This document shows positions 1 through 12,139 of a stretch of 64,000 nt of DNA, piece by piece. Location of the stretch: positions 44,082,001 through 44,146,000 of the forward strand of contig NC_082739.1 in NCBI RefSeq assembly GCF_030144855.1, given 5' to 3'. The notes beneath the pieces are model-generated. The model had not been told where the DNA came from. It saw nothing but the letters and a program-made list of their open reading frames with translations, and did no database searches. The stretch's first letter is position 1. Every line of letters starts with the position of its first letter. This stretch comes from Hypanus sabinus (taxonomy: Eukaryota). The position numbers and the translations under genes are program-made.

Positions 1-340
1 ATTCATTTCTATCTCAGCCCCAATCTCCTGCCTACTCCCCGTATCCCTTCATGCCCTGAACAATCAAGAATCTATCAACCTCTGCCTTAAATGTATGTAC
101 AGACTTGTCCTCCACAGTGGCCTGGGGCAAAGAATTCCACAGATCCACCACTCTCTGGCAAAAGGAATTCCTCCTCATCTCTGTTCTAAATGCCTGTATC
201 TGTATTCTGAGGCTACGCTCCATTTGACTCCCCCACCATTGGAAACATCCTCCCCATGTCCACTCTATCAATGCCTTTCACCATTCAACAGCTTTCAATG
301 AGATCCCTCCTCATTCTTCTGAATTCCAGTAAGTAGAAGA
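1..340 (-). mobile_element. CR1-type LINE, 3' end fragment
   Basis: Minus ORF 32..271 reads FRTEMRRNSFCQRVVDLWNSLPQATVE...FKAEVDRFL, the C-terminal signature shared by the other CR1 copies in this window. Confidence 0.85.
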
Positions 341-351
341 ATTTAATTTAC

Positions 352-429
352 CTTTATATCTCCAGAGCAGTAACAAAACGACAGTCATCACAAAGATTGG
401 AACTGTTATAAATCGGTGAGTGAAATAAC
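352..429 (-). CDS. Transmembrane exon of IgSF receptor: (S)YFTHRFITVPIFVMTVVLLLLWRYK(G)
   Basis: Read by hand. Acceptor tcttttcttcctgctatacag|GT at 430/429, donor AAAG|gtaaat at 352/351. 78 nt, phase 1-1, in frame with the C2 exon. Hydrophobic run followed by a basic RYK stop-transfer signal. Confidence 0.85.
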
Positions 430-1682
430 CTGTATAGCAGGAAGAAAAGAGTGTTTGGAATTGGAATCACAATTGGATTTAGTTTATTATTACTGAAGTA
501 CAGTGCATACTGCTCATACAGATCAATATTAGCTTCAATATCTAAGAATGCTGACGAATATTAGATAAATCACCTTCCTGGTATAGTAACTCATATATTG
601 ACTCAGCATCAGGGTAATATTATGAATTGTAAATTTATTTTTATTTTCTCATTTAAGCTGGTGTGGGTTTTCCAAGCTATTGTACAATGTAGGAAACTAC
701 CAGTCCATATTTCAACAAATTAAAATGTCTTGGAAATGTGATATCAGCACTTTGGCTCCCTAGTCTATTCTAAATAGTAATATAGATAAAATTATATTTT
801 ACCTATTGCTAATTATGTAATTTGAAGAACTGATTTTTTTTTAAGCTGTTTTAAATTACTTACTCTTGTCTCACTTAGTACAATCATTTGATATGGAGGT
901 TTGTCCTTTTTCATTTTGGGACAGAGGTTCCTGGGCCAGCTTTGTTTCAGAAATTTCTGCTATTTCTGGTTCCTGGTGCTGCAGTAATGTCAAACATCAT
1001 GTGATTATTTGACACTACTCATGGGAGTTTCTTCCACGCTCTCAAGGCCTGTAAAAACACTGAAGCACGTCTTAATCGGAGACCCCCTTTGGGGTTAGTT
1101 TTAAGGCTCGTCCATCCATAGGACATCAATGCAGAGTCCAACAGTCCACTTCTGCAAGGTTTGTGTCATATTGAATTGTTCTTTATAATGATCAGCCCAG
1201 TGCTAAATTCCCAAGCCATGCTACAATCAACTTTGCTATCTCCAGCAAAGTTTCTTTCACGCCTCATTATTAGCCCCATACCCAAACAGATGTCTGACCT
1301 CATCATCTTGTAATCTACCCAAACATGCTGATTATCTGCCCTACGCAACCTTGCCAACCCTTCTCGGTTATTTGCCCGCACCTCCCAGATAATCTGCTCA
1401 GTATTTAAATAATCGGTCCCACCCCTAATCCAACAAACCGCTGCTTCTCTGTTCTGGCTACCTCATCCAGTCATTGCTCTGCTCTTCCCACTCCTGGAAT
1501 ACTTTCCCATGATCCTTTCCAACCTCTATCGCATTTGAGCATGGGTTTATATGTTATCAAACCTCTCCCCTTTATGAGCTGCTGGGACCAAGCTTGGTGC
1601 CAGATCCAGATTCTATGTGCTTATGCTCTATGAATTAATAAAGCAGAAAATAATTGTTTTTGGGTGGTATAATGGTACTTAC

Positions 1683-2003
1683 TTTTCCAAGCAGCTATCA
1701 CATGTATTGCCAGTGGAAGTTCTTTTGAACCAACTTCATTGTTGGCGCTGCAAAAGTACATTCCACTGTAGGAATCATCAGTTTTCTTGTTTAGTAAAAC
1801 TGAATTGCCTACTCCATTGGCTAATTGTATCCTTTCAGTATGCCCTCCTGATTTCATCCAGATAACGTTGGATGCTGGATTACTGTCCGTGGTACATCTT
1901 AGTTCAAGATATGATTGGGGTTTAATGTAGATGATGTTCTCGAGCAGCGGCTCGAAGTGATCCAAAATAGAATTTCTGTAATATATGACTGGTTGTGGAC
2001 CAT
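1683..2003 (-). CDS. C2/I-set Ig domain exon (third extracellular domain)
   Basis: Lies within ORF 1621..2097: (Y)GPQPV...LELRCTTDSNPASNVIW...DSYSGMYFCSANNEVG...LAIHV. Acceptor gggtcag|AT at 2003, donor AAAA|gtaagt at 1683. 321 nt, phase 1-1. Splicing from C1 creates a YGP domain start. Confidence 0.92.
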
Positions 2004-3199
2004 CTGACCCAGAACAATGGAAAAGAAAAAAAATGTGAATTACATAGGCAGTTTCAACAAAGCCTCGCAGAATTGCATATGGTGAGACATAATGCAACTG
2101 ACAGGAAATTGAAGCAGCAATTTCTGATACATTCTTAACTTAGTTGTTTATCCAAGGGACAATGATATCATTCCAGAGAACGTTGTCTCATTTTTTAACT
2201 GCATTGTATTTGTGGTTTATAAATGACAATAACCTGAATCTGAATCTGAAAATTGAAAAGTTAAGATTGCTCTGGGCAATTGTATTTCATAATTGCACTT
2301 ATGAAATTAGAGATTTATAGAATGGAATTCAATTTACTAGATGTGTACTCCAAAAAACCTCCCAAGAATCCTTTCCCTTGAGAGCAGAGAACAGCAGTTT
2401 GATTTAATGTCTGTGTTTTCGTCCTCTCTTACTGTAGTGATATCTCTCTTGATCACCTTGTATGATAAACTACATACAAAGCCATACATGTTAATATATT
2501 CAATTATCTAGAGACACTTCAAATTAGTAAATCTTTATATAAAGATTTACTAAAATGTTTAAACGGAAAATAGTTCAATAAATCGGGTTCTATATAGTAG
2601 TTTCACAAGATTTCCTTTCAGAAACACATCTAGTACACTTGCTCAATATCCCTTCCAAAATTCCAAAATATTTACACTCAAACTTCAGAATTAGTCCACT
2701 GTTACTCCATTGTGCTTTTGTCTCATTTTTAACCTGTTATGAAAAGTAGATTTTGTAGATTCAGAAGCAATATTTTGATTTATAATAATGAATTATATTA
2801 TAAAATCTTGCAACTTGAGTTCATTTGGTCAGTTGAACCATTCCTGGCACTTTGAAAGAGAAGCACATTGTGGTCCCGGTTTCTGGTCATTAGCTGCAAG
2901 TTAGTCCATCCACATATTAATTACCATTTTTAAAAGTTCTTCTATTCCATTCTCAAAACACTCCGTCTTAACAAGCTTCTGTATGAATGAAGTGCTTCTT
3001 GATTCTTGTGTGATCCTTTAACCACTTATTTTAAAACTGTGGCATTTAACTATTTGACCAGATCATATCTTACAATGTAGAAGGGGACCGTTGGATTGAT
3101 TTAGTCCATCTCATTCCCCCTCCTTATTTCCAGGTAGCCCTGAATCAATCTGGGCTCTATACTTCTTAAAGAAAAAATATCTCTAATGCTATAGGCTTT

Positions 3200-3735
3200 A
3201 TAAAGCATAGTTGAGGCCTCACTTGGGGTATTGTGAGCAGTTTAGGGCCCCTTTTCTGAGGAAAGTTGTGCTGAAACTTGGAGAGGGTTCCAAGGAGGTT
3301 CATGAAAATGATTTCAGGATTGAATAGCTTGTCATATGAAGAGTGTTTGATGGCTTTGAGGCTGTATTGACCTGAATTCAGAAGAATGAGGGGTGACCTC
3401 ATTGAAGCCTATTGAATGGTGAAAGGCCTTGATAGAGTGGACGTGGAGAGGATGTTTCCTATGGTGGGAGAATCTAAGACCAAAGGACACAGCCTCAGAA
3501 GAATAGAGAAGTGTCCTTTCAGAATGGAGATGAGGAGGAATTTCTTTAGCCAGGGATTGGTGAATCTGTGGAATTCTTTGCCACAGACAGCTGTGGAGGC
3601 TAAGTCTTTATGTATGTTTAAGGCAGAGGTTGATAGATTCTTGAAAAATGGATCAACCATGATGAAATGGTGGAACAAACTCGATGGGCCAAATGGCCTA
3701 AATCTGCTCCTTTATCTTATGGTCTATGGTTAATT
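3200..3735 (+). mobile_element. CR1-type LINE 3' fragment (intronic)
   Basis: Degenerate LVRPHLEYC...RRMRGDLIEAY and ORF 3416..3733 (FRMEMRRNFFSQ...LWNSLPQ). Confidence 0.85.
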
Positions 3736-3879
3736 CTATCTTAAATATCATAATACTTGTTCCTACATTGTGTTTCCTACTTTTACTTTTTATGACACAA
3801 AACTGCTTTGTGAATGTTCCTTACACATCTAGGCCTGGAAACATTTATTAAGAAAAAAGAATAATAATGTAATGTAAGT

Positions 3880-4560
3880 ATTGCACCTTGATAGGGCAAA
3901 TGCAAGGAGACAGTACATTGTTAAGGGCAAACTCCCTAAACAGTGTTACGGAGCAGAGAGATCTTGGGATCCAAGTTCATATCTCCATGGAAGTGGCTAC
4001 CCAGTTCGATAGATCGGGTGATTAAGAAGGCTTGCTTGCTTTTATGAGTCAAGGGAATGAGTTCAAAGTCAAGAGGTTATCTTGCAACATTATCGAACTC
4101 GGGTTAGGACACATCTGGAGAATTGCATACTGTTCAGGTTACCCCATTATAGGAGGGATGTTGAGGCTTTGGAGAGGGTACAGAAGAGGTTTACCAGGAT
4201 GCTGCCTGGTTTAGAGGGCATGTGCTATCATGAGAGGCTGGACAAACTTGGAGTATTTTCTTTGGAGCGGCGGAGGCTGAGGAGAGATCTGATAGAAGTT
4301 TATAAGATTATGAGAGGCATAGATAGAGTGCATAGGGAGTATCCCTTTCCCAGGGTTGAAATTTCCAATACCAGAGGGCATGCATTGAAGGTGAGAGAAA
4401 TGAGGTTCAAAGGGGATGTGAGGGGTAAGCTTTTTACTCGCAGAGTAATGGATGCCTGGAATGCACTACCTGGTATGGTGGTAAAGACAAATACATTAGA
4501 TGCTTTTAAGAGACGTTTAGATATGCACATGAATGTGAAGAAGATGGAGGGATATGGAGC
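3880..4560 (+). mobile_element. CR1-type LINE 3' fragment (intronic)
   Basis: ORF 4082..4606: VRTHLENC...LERVQKRFTRMLPGL...LERRRLRRDLIEVYKIMRG...WNALP. Confidence 0.88.
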
Positions 4561-4745
4561 AGTTAGTCATTGGGGGTTATTGATTTTTTTTGAGAATTCA
4601 AGGTGAAAGGACAGTTTGCTAAATTGACATTACCTACTAACTTAAGTGAAATAATATATTTAATATTAAACTTACCTCAGTTGGAAGTACTGTATGTTTT
4701 ATCATTTCATATTATGATTAAAGGCCATAAATTGAACATACTTAC

Positions 4746-5072
4746 ATTTGACATTAAGTGTTATATTTTTTATGATCCATTCTTTGCTTGTTGTATGAAG
4801 AACCTGACAAGTACAGCTTGTCTTGTGGTCTTGCAAGGTGGGAGTAAAATTCATTTGACTGGTGGCATTAAATGTACCATCGAAGTTCCTGAAGGGGGAG
4901 AGTCTTGTTGTAACTTTAACATCTGATTCCGAAGCCTGAGCATTGTGAATATGCAGCCATTTTATTGAGATGTTCTGAGGATAAAATCCCCAAGCATGGC
5001 AGTACAAAGTAGATGGCTTCTCCACTATTAATTTTTCATGAGTAATTAAAATTTCTGGTGGAGATTCTGGAA
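4746..5072 (-). CDS. C1-set Ig domain exon (second extracellular domain)
   Basis: Lies within ORF 4702..5085: LYCHAWGFYPQNISIKW...NFDGTFNATSQMNFTPT...CTCQVLH, the canonical C1-set pattern. Acceptor tttattacag|TT at 5072, donor AAAT|gtaagt at 4746. 327 nt, phase 1-1. Confidence 0.93.
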
Positions 5073-5779
5073 CTGTAATAAACAACGCAAAACAAAAAAT
5101 ATATTGTTCTTTAGTGCTAAATAAAACTTAGTTTATATCACATTTCTATTTCAATAAGTGTGAATCATTAATATAATTTTAGTGGATGACAGGACCTGTG
5201 CAAGCAGACTTACATAGAGCACTTTCCCATGAGTATTATAGTTGCTAATTTGGAAGAATTTGTTAAATTTTGCATGACCCAATATTGTTTTCAGAATTGC
5301 CAGTGGATTTGATTTCCTTAAATCCAGATTCAGTTAATATGCGCCACCTTCAACTGTGTCATGGAATGCTGTTCTTGTGATGGATGTGCAAGTATCTGGA
5401 TTATCTATTTATATTCAGTGCTTCCTTTTGATTTATATCCCTTTTTTGCGATGCCAGCAGAATGCTTAAAAAGAGTTTAAAAGGAACAACGCAAACAGTG
5501 AGCTAAAGCAAGCAGTTGATTTAAACTAATGGCTGGGAAATTAAAAATGCTCCTTGCAGATTACAAAAACCATGAAAAATCTAGTAGGATTTTAAGCATA
5601 ATCTTCCTTATTAGTTGAATTAACATAGCCTATTGAGGCATTGGGGCAACTTGAATTCTGTGGAATGCATATTGTGCACCATTTAAGTATCCTAGGGTGC
5701 ATCCTGTATCCTGGGCAACAAAAGCATTAGGAAATGCTCATTGGAGAAGCTCAGACTCCTGGGTTTTGAACTGAAGCTG

Positions 5780-6000
5780 GTAAGATGGCAGCATACTTGG
5801 TCACAGCGGCCTCGCCAAGTCCAAACAAAGGTGCAATTGTTTATTCTTTATGTCTATTTTATGACCGCAAGACATTGCTGTATATTAAGAATATCAAGGA
5901 CGGCAGGTCTACCCCATCAGCGAGACGCTCAGTAGCGGTGGAGCTAGACCTGTTGTGTCTTTCCATGCTCTTGAGGACAGGCTTACGCTCCACCTCAACT
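5780..6000 (+). mobile_element. Possible 5' fragment of a Rex-Babar/L2-like LINE
   Basis: ORF 5785..6141 contains YDRKTLLYIK, resembling the YxRxxLLxI N-terminal motif of fish non-LTR ORFs. Weak evidence. Confidence 0.35.
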
Positions 6001-6339
6001 CTGCCTCAACTCCACCTCCCCTCCACTTGCCTCAACTCTGCCTGCAGTGGAAGAATTGTACTTGGCAGAAATGGAACAGTTAATAACAATGAGTGCAACA
6101 CTAAATTAATTTCAGTTATGGTTTTCATACCTGATCTGTGATTCTTAACATTAAATGAAAACCAATAAACATTCAGATGCTGGGATTCTGAATTGAAACA
6201 GAAAATGTTGGAAACACTGAGCAGATCAGGAGAATCTGTGGAGAGAGAAATATTAACTCTGGCCTGCTGAGCATTTCCATCTTTTTTGGGTTTTTTTGTG
6301 ATCCTGGTAGTCTGGAGTTGGGATGCAAGCCCATGATTA

Positions 6340-6900
6340 ACTCCATTGCTGCTTTCTGATTGAGGCATCAATCAATGTTAAGGACAATGGGAACAGGAGC
6401 AGAGGATGGGCAGGTGTTCAGCACCACGTGCCTGCATTTGACCAGGCCGCTGTCGGAGGAACTGCAGGAGTCCTGGGGTCTATGTTGCCCAGATTTAGTG
6501 ACGAGGCTGCAGACTCATTTTGGGGGACTTTGGGGTTTCTGTTGCATGTGTTCCTGGGTTCAGGTTGCTCATTTTTTTGTGCTGTCTTTGAGAAGTTTGA
6601 TTGGGCCAGTCGATGCAGACTGAGGCACTTCAGTGAAGAATGACCCCGCATGAGCTAGCGGAGCAGTGCTGAACTGAACTGATTTGATGTTTGATATTCT
6701 ATGTGGAGTTCACTCGCTTTTCCCCATTTGCGCAATTTTTTTGCACATTGGGTGCTTGATGTTTTCTTGAACGTGTTCCATTGTGGACCTTAGTTTTGTG
6801 GCTGCCTGCAGGAGGACGAATCTCAGAGCTGCGTTCTGTATCCATACTTTGATAATAAATGTATTTTGAATCTTGAATCTATGTAAGAACATATCAAAAA
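6340..6900 (+). mobile_element. Non-autonomous retroposon with Rex-Babar-like 3' tail
   Basis: Internal (GAACT)n run and tail aatctcag...catactttgataataaatgtattttgaatcttgaatct, shared with 51080-52780 and with the LINE tail at 61020-61090. Confidence 0.5.
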
Positions 6901-7089
6901 CACCATTTGGCAAAAGTTCTATAAATACCAGTGTTGATTTACCTCTTAACTGTACTGCATTGAAACACAATTTACTTAATTAGCCAGATCTCCCATGGAT
7001 ATGTTTGTTATCAGTGCGTGTTTGTGTTTCTGAATGGGATTTGGTACATGAATAGAGATATAGAGACAGAATGATTTAGCAGGCAATTG

Positions 7090-7980
7090 AATCTTTCTCC
7101 TCTCACCTTAAACCCATATTCTCTGGTCTTGATTTCCCAACCTTGGCAAAAAGAGTGAATGCATTATTAATAACAATTCCTATCTCATGATTACATGCAC
7201 CTCTACAAGGTCACCTCCAGTCTCTCCTATGCTCCTCGGAAAACATTCTAGCCTGTCTGATCTCTCCTTATGACTCAGTCCCTCATGTCCTGGCAACATC
7301 ATTGTAAATCTTTTCTACACTCTTTCTAGTTTCATAACATCTTTCCTACAGCAGAATGAGTAAAACTGAACACAATACTCCACTAGCGTCTTGTAAACTT
7401 TACCATAACATCCCAACGTTCATAACTGTGGCTGTTTTCAGGGAACCATGTACTTGAACATCAAGGTCCCTCTGTTCTACAAGGCTCACTGATGTTCTAC
7501 CATTTAATATAAGAGGCCTACCATGTATTGACTTTTCAAAATGCAATACTTTACATTTATCTGAATTAAACTCCATTTGCCATTTCTTGGCCCACTTATC
7601 TTGCTGATCAAGAGCCCCATGCAATTACTGTTAACATTTTTCACTGTCAATGATTCCACTTATTTTCATGCCATCTGAAAATTTACTAACCATGCTTTTT
7701 TCCAAATTATTAATATAGATGACAAACTACAATAGGCCCAGCACTGACCATTGACCCCTGACCCCTATTAGTTATGGGCCTCCAGTGTGAGAAACAACTT
7801 TCCATCATTACTCTCTGCCTCCTACCATCACAATCAATAGTGTGATTGTGTGTCCAATTAGCCAGCTCTTCCTGGATTCCATGGGATCTAACATCCCAGA
7901 GCAGTCTGTCATGTAGAACCTTATCAATGGCCTTACTGAAGTCCATACTTCTAATGCCTTGTCATCATTGACCTTCTTCG
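7090..7980 (-). mobile_element. CR1-type LINE RT fragment
   Basis: Minus ORFs MDFSKAIDKVLHDRLL... and KWAKKWQMEFNSDKCKVLHF. Confidence 0.85.
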
Positions 7981-7989
7981 TCAAGAAAA

Positions 7990-9035
7990 CTCCTTGCTGA
8001 TGATCAACACTGGCACACCTTAGGGATGTGTTCTTAGCTCACAGAGCCCACTGCTCTATTCTCTCTATACTCAAGACTGTGTGCTAAGTATAGCTCAAAT
8101 GCCATCTATAAATGATACGACCATTGTTGGCAGAATCTCAGATGGAGACAAGAGGGTGTACAGGAGCAAGATATACCAGCTAGTTGAGTGGTGTCACAGC
8201 AACAACCTTGCACTCAGTCTCAGTAAGATGAAAGAGCTGATTGTGGACTTCTGAAAGGGTAGGATGAGGGAACATGAACCAACCATCATAGAGGGATCAG
8301 AGGTGGAGAAAGTGAGCAATTTCAAGTTCCTGGGTGTCAAGATCTCTGAGGATCTGATATGGTCCCAACATATCAATGCAAAAAATGGATTTAGTGTTTA
8401 TGTATATGTTGATGCAGATATAAAGAAGGCAAGACAGCAGCTATATTTCATTAGGAGTTTGAGGAGATTTGGTTTGTCACCTACAACACTTGAAAACTTC
8501 TACAAATATACCGTGGAGGACATTCTGACTGGCCGCATCACCATCTGGTAGATAGTGGGGGGGACGGGGGAGAAGGGTTACTGCCAGGATTGAAAGAAAC
8601 TACAGAAATCTGTAAAATTGGTCAGCTGCATCTTCGGTACTAGCCTCCATAGTATCCAAGACATTTTCAAAGAGCGGTGTCTCAGAAAGGTGGAGTCATT
8701 ATTAAGGACCCCCATCGGCCAGAACATGCCCTTTTCTCATTGTTACTGTCGGGAAGGAGGTACAGAAGCCTGAAGGAACACACTCAACAATTCAGGAACA
8801 GCTTTTGCCATCTGATTCCTAAATGGACATTGAACCCATGAACACTACCTAATTTTTAAAATTATTTCCATTTTGCACTATTTTTAATTTAACTATTTAA
8901 TATACATATATGCACTTACTGTAATTGATTTACTTATTTATTTTTTCTTTCTATATTATCATGTATTGCATTGTACTGCTGCTGCTAAGTTAACCAGTTT
9001 CATGACATATGCCAGTGATATTAAACCTGATTCTG
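7990..9035 (+). mobile_element. Rex-Babar-type LINE, 3' part
   Basis: DTTIVGRISDGD, VEWCHSNNLAL, KFLGVKISEDL, IKKARQQLYFIRSLRRFG, LLLSGRRYRSLK; tail gatattaaacctgattctgact. Confidence 0.85.
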
Positions 9036-9039
9036 ACTC

Positions 9040-9600
9040 ATAAGAAATAATCTGCCATGCACAGCCATGCCAACTATCTCTAATCAACCCATGTCTTTCC
9101 ATATGCATGCATATCTTATCCCTCAGAATTCTCTCCAATAACGTACCTACCATGTCAGAATTACTGGTCTGTAGTTCCCTGGTTTTTCTTTGCAGTCGTT
9201 CTTAAAGAAAGGCACAATATTCGCTTCCCCCTAGTATTCCAGCACCTCACCCGTGGCTAAAGACTGTGCAAATATTTCAGCCAGGACCCTCACAATTTCT
9301 TCTCTAGCACCCCACAGTGTTCTAGGATGTACTTTTTAAGACCTCCAGCATCTTCTCTACAGTAGTATGGACTATCCTCAAGAAAACCCTATTAACATCC
9401 CCTCTTTCCCATATATTCATAATTTTTTTCACGGCAAAAGCAGAGGAGAAATTTTCATTCCTGCCTTTCTCCTAAGTCTTCACACAAGTTGCACATTTTG
9501 ATCCTATTCTGCGCTATTCTGTCTCGATTTACTTTGTTTCCCTTAAGGCACATAAAATCTTTTTGGATATTCTTTAATCCTGCCAAAGCTATCTTATGTC
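9040..9600 (-). mobile_element. CR1-type LINE fragment
   Basis: Minus ORF MVGTLLERILRDKICMHMERHGLIRDS. Confidence 0.7.
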
Positions 9601-9629
9601 ATATTAATTGTAATTAATATGCATACATT

Positions 9630-10095
9630 TCCACAGATGTACTGTGAAGAATGTTCTGACTAGTTGTATCTGGCATGGAGGCTCCAATGCACAGGATGTA
9701 AAGAGGCTGCAAAGGGCTATAGACTCAGCCAGCTCCACCATGGGCACCAGCTTCCCCACTATTGAGGACATCTTCAAAAGGTGGTGCCTCAGAAAGGCAG
9801 CATCCATCATAAAGGACCCTTACCATCCAGATCATGCCCTCCTCTCATCATCAGCATCGGAGAAGAGAGACAGGAACCTGAAAACACATACTCAACATTT
9901 TAAGCCAACTGTTTTCCCTCAGCCATCAGCTTTCTGAACAGTCCATGAACCCACCTCACTATTCCTCTGTTGCACTATTTATTTATTTAAAATTTTACTT
10001 TAACTTGTTATTTTTATGTCTTGCACTGTACTAGTGCCACAAAACAACAAATTTCATGACGTATGTCACTGATAATAAACCTGATTCTGACACTG
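9630..10095 (+). mobile_element. Rex-Babar-type LINE 3' end
   Basis: ORF 9644..9937 (RLQRAIDSASS...CLRKAASIIKDPYHPDHALL); tail gataataaacctgattctga. Confidence 0.85.
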
Positions 10096-10142
10096 ATTCA
10101 CATTGCAGAAACTGTACTTGTAGAATGACAAAAAAAGTTTAC

Positions 10143-10490
10143 CATAAACCTGTAGCAGTGTTCCTTGGCCTTTTGCCTCTACTGGTGGGTAGACACTAGG
10201 TACCCTCACGGTACAGGTGTAGCGATTAGCAGAGTGACTAAAGGAGACATGTTCAATCTTTAGTGATGCATTACAGCGTTTGAATCCATGCAGACAGACG
10301 TCAGGGACACAATGCGTATTATTCCCTTTGTAACGAACATCAGTAGTCCCTGGTGATTTCCTATACCAGGAAACAGTGAACCAGTCGGCCTCAGATACAT
10401 TATGAGTAAATATGCAGTTCAACATGACTGACTCCCCTCTCCAGACACTGACGAGATGCGACTGGTTCACCTTCAAGACCACTGGAGCCC
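10143..10490 (-). CDS. V-set Ig domain exon with germline-joined J-like segment
   Basis: Lies within ORF 10066..10584: GESVMLNCIF...VSWYR...ASLKIEHV...RYTCTVRVPSVYPPVEAKGQGTLLQVY. Acceptor tttatttcttcccatcag|GG at 10490, donor TATG|gtaaac at 10143. 348 nt, phase 1-1. Confidence 0.93.
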
Positions 10491-10799
10491 CTGATGGGAA
10501 GAAATAAAGCTTGTCATTTTCAGTCAGACTCCAGTTGATAGTTTGATAAAAGTTTACTTTCAACAAAGGTAACTTGGAAAACAAAAACAGAATGCTGAAA
10601 GAAGTCAGCGATTAAGCAATATCTCTGATTGCTTTTTTGTTACATGAAATACATCAAAATACGTTTCCTTTTCAGATTTAGTTCTAAGTTACGCAATGAT
10701 TTAGGATTCAATATTCTGTCTGAGTTTGTTTCAAATGACCAGACTATAGTAAAGGGATTAGAGTGTTGCCACAGTCATCCTTGGCTGGCATTTAGATGG

Positions 10800-11900
10800 T
10801 AGAACATAGAACAGTACAGTATGTTATGGGCCCTTCAGCTCAAGGTGTTGTGCTGACCTATATAAATGTACTCCAAGATCATTCAAAGCCTTTCCTCCTA
10901 CACAACCCATAACCCTCTATTTTTCTTATATCTTTGTACCTAAGAGTCTCTTAAGTGTCCCTTTTGTGTCAAACTCTTCCCCAAACCGCGGCAGAGTGTT
11001 GCAGGCACCCACTATTTCCTGTGTAAAGTTGTAAAGTGCCTTCCTCTGGCATCTCCTCTAAACTTTGTTCCACTCACCTTAAATGCATGTCCTCTCACGT
11101 TGTCCATTGCCACCCTGGGAAAAGAGTGCCAGCTGTCCACTGCCTCTCATAATCTTACACACTTCTATCAAGTGGCCTCTTATCCTCTGTGGCTCGAAAG
11201 AGAAAAGCCCAAATTTGCTCAACATTTCGTCATAAGGCATTCTGTAATCCAGGCAGTATCCTAATAAGTCTACTCTGTTCCCTCCCCAAAGTAACTGGAA
11301 CTGAATGCAATACTCTAAGTGTGGTCTAACCAGAGTTTTTATGGAGTTGCAAAATAACCTCCTGACTCTTGAACTCAGTCGCCCAACTAATGAAGGCCAA
11401 CACACAATATCCATTCCTAATCACCTAATCAACTTGTGCGAATACTTTGAGGGTTCTGTGGACTTAGAACTCAGATCCCTCGGTTTCTCCACGCTGTTAA
11501 GAATTCTGCTACTCGCCTTGTACTCCGCCTTCAAGTTCAATCTTCCAAGGAGTATCACCTTATGCTTTTCCAGAATGAACTCCATTTGCCACTTCTCTGT
11601 TCAGCTCTGCATCCGGTGAATATCCTGTTGTAATCTACAATAACCATCTAAACTATCCACATCACCTCCGACCTCTGTGTCATCTACAAACTTACTAACC
11701 CAGCCCTCCACATTCTCATCCAAGTTATTTATAAGAATCAAAGAACAGGAGCACCAGAATTGATCCTTGCAGGACCCCACAAGTCACCAACTGCCAGGTG
11801 GAATAGTATCCATCTACTACAGTCCCATGCCTTCTACAGGCAAGCCAATTTACATCAAGTACTTTACAACTTGAAATTTTTCACTGTAACATCAAACCTA
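10800..11900 (-). mobile_element. CR1-type LINE 3' part
   Basis: Minus ORF KTLVRPHLEYCIQF...RIRGHLIEVCKIMRG; the reverse-complement tail appears as agaacatagaacagtacag near 10800. Confidence 0.85.
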
Positions 11901-12139
11901 CCTGTAACAGGAGTTGCACTTCTCTCAGGTTCCGAATCTCCCTGAAGTGAATTAAATGCAAAGAAGGTGTAAAACAGATCAAAAATTAGGGGGAAGTTAG
12001 AGGATTAGGAAGCTTTAAAAAAACAACAGAAGGCAACAAAAAAAAGCCACAGGGAAAGAAAAGATGAACTATGAAGCTAAGTTAGCCAATAGTTTCAAAG
12101 AGTTTCAAACCAGAAGTGTTTTCAAATATATAAAAAGTA

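Noticed and set aside
864-978. Exon-like minus-strand frame HQEPEIAEISETKLAQEPLSQNEKGQTSISNDCTK ahead of a GTAAGT donor at 863
   Set aside because: It has a stop two codons before the donor and a weak acceptor, and joining it to the 1048 acceptor needs at least three lesions. It also lies upstream of the TM exon, so it cannot be a cytoplasmic exon.
1090-1560. Minus ORF 1166..1381 and a GC-richer stretch with a TATA-like motif in the C2-TM intron
   Set aside because: No domain similarity, splice sites or terminal repeats that I could support; probably an old unclassified repeat.
4746-10490. Rearranging antigen-receptor locus (TCR, IgL or IgNAR)
   Set aside because: V and J-like strands are in one uninterrupted exon with no RSS at its borders, there is a single V, and the third domain is C2/I-set rather than C1.
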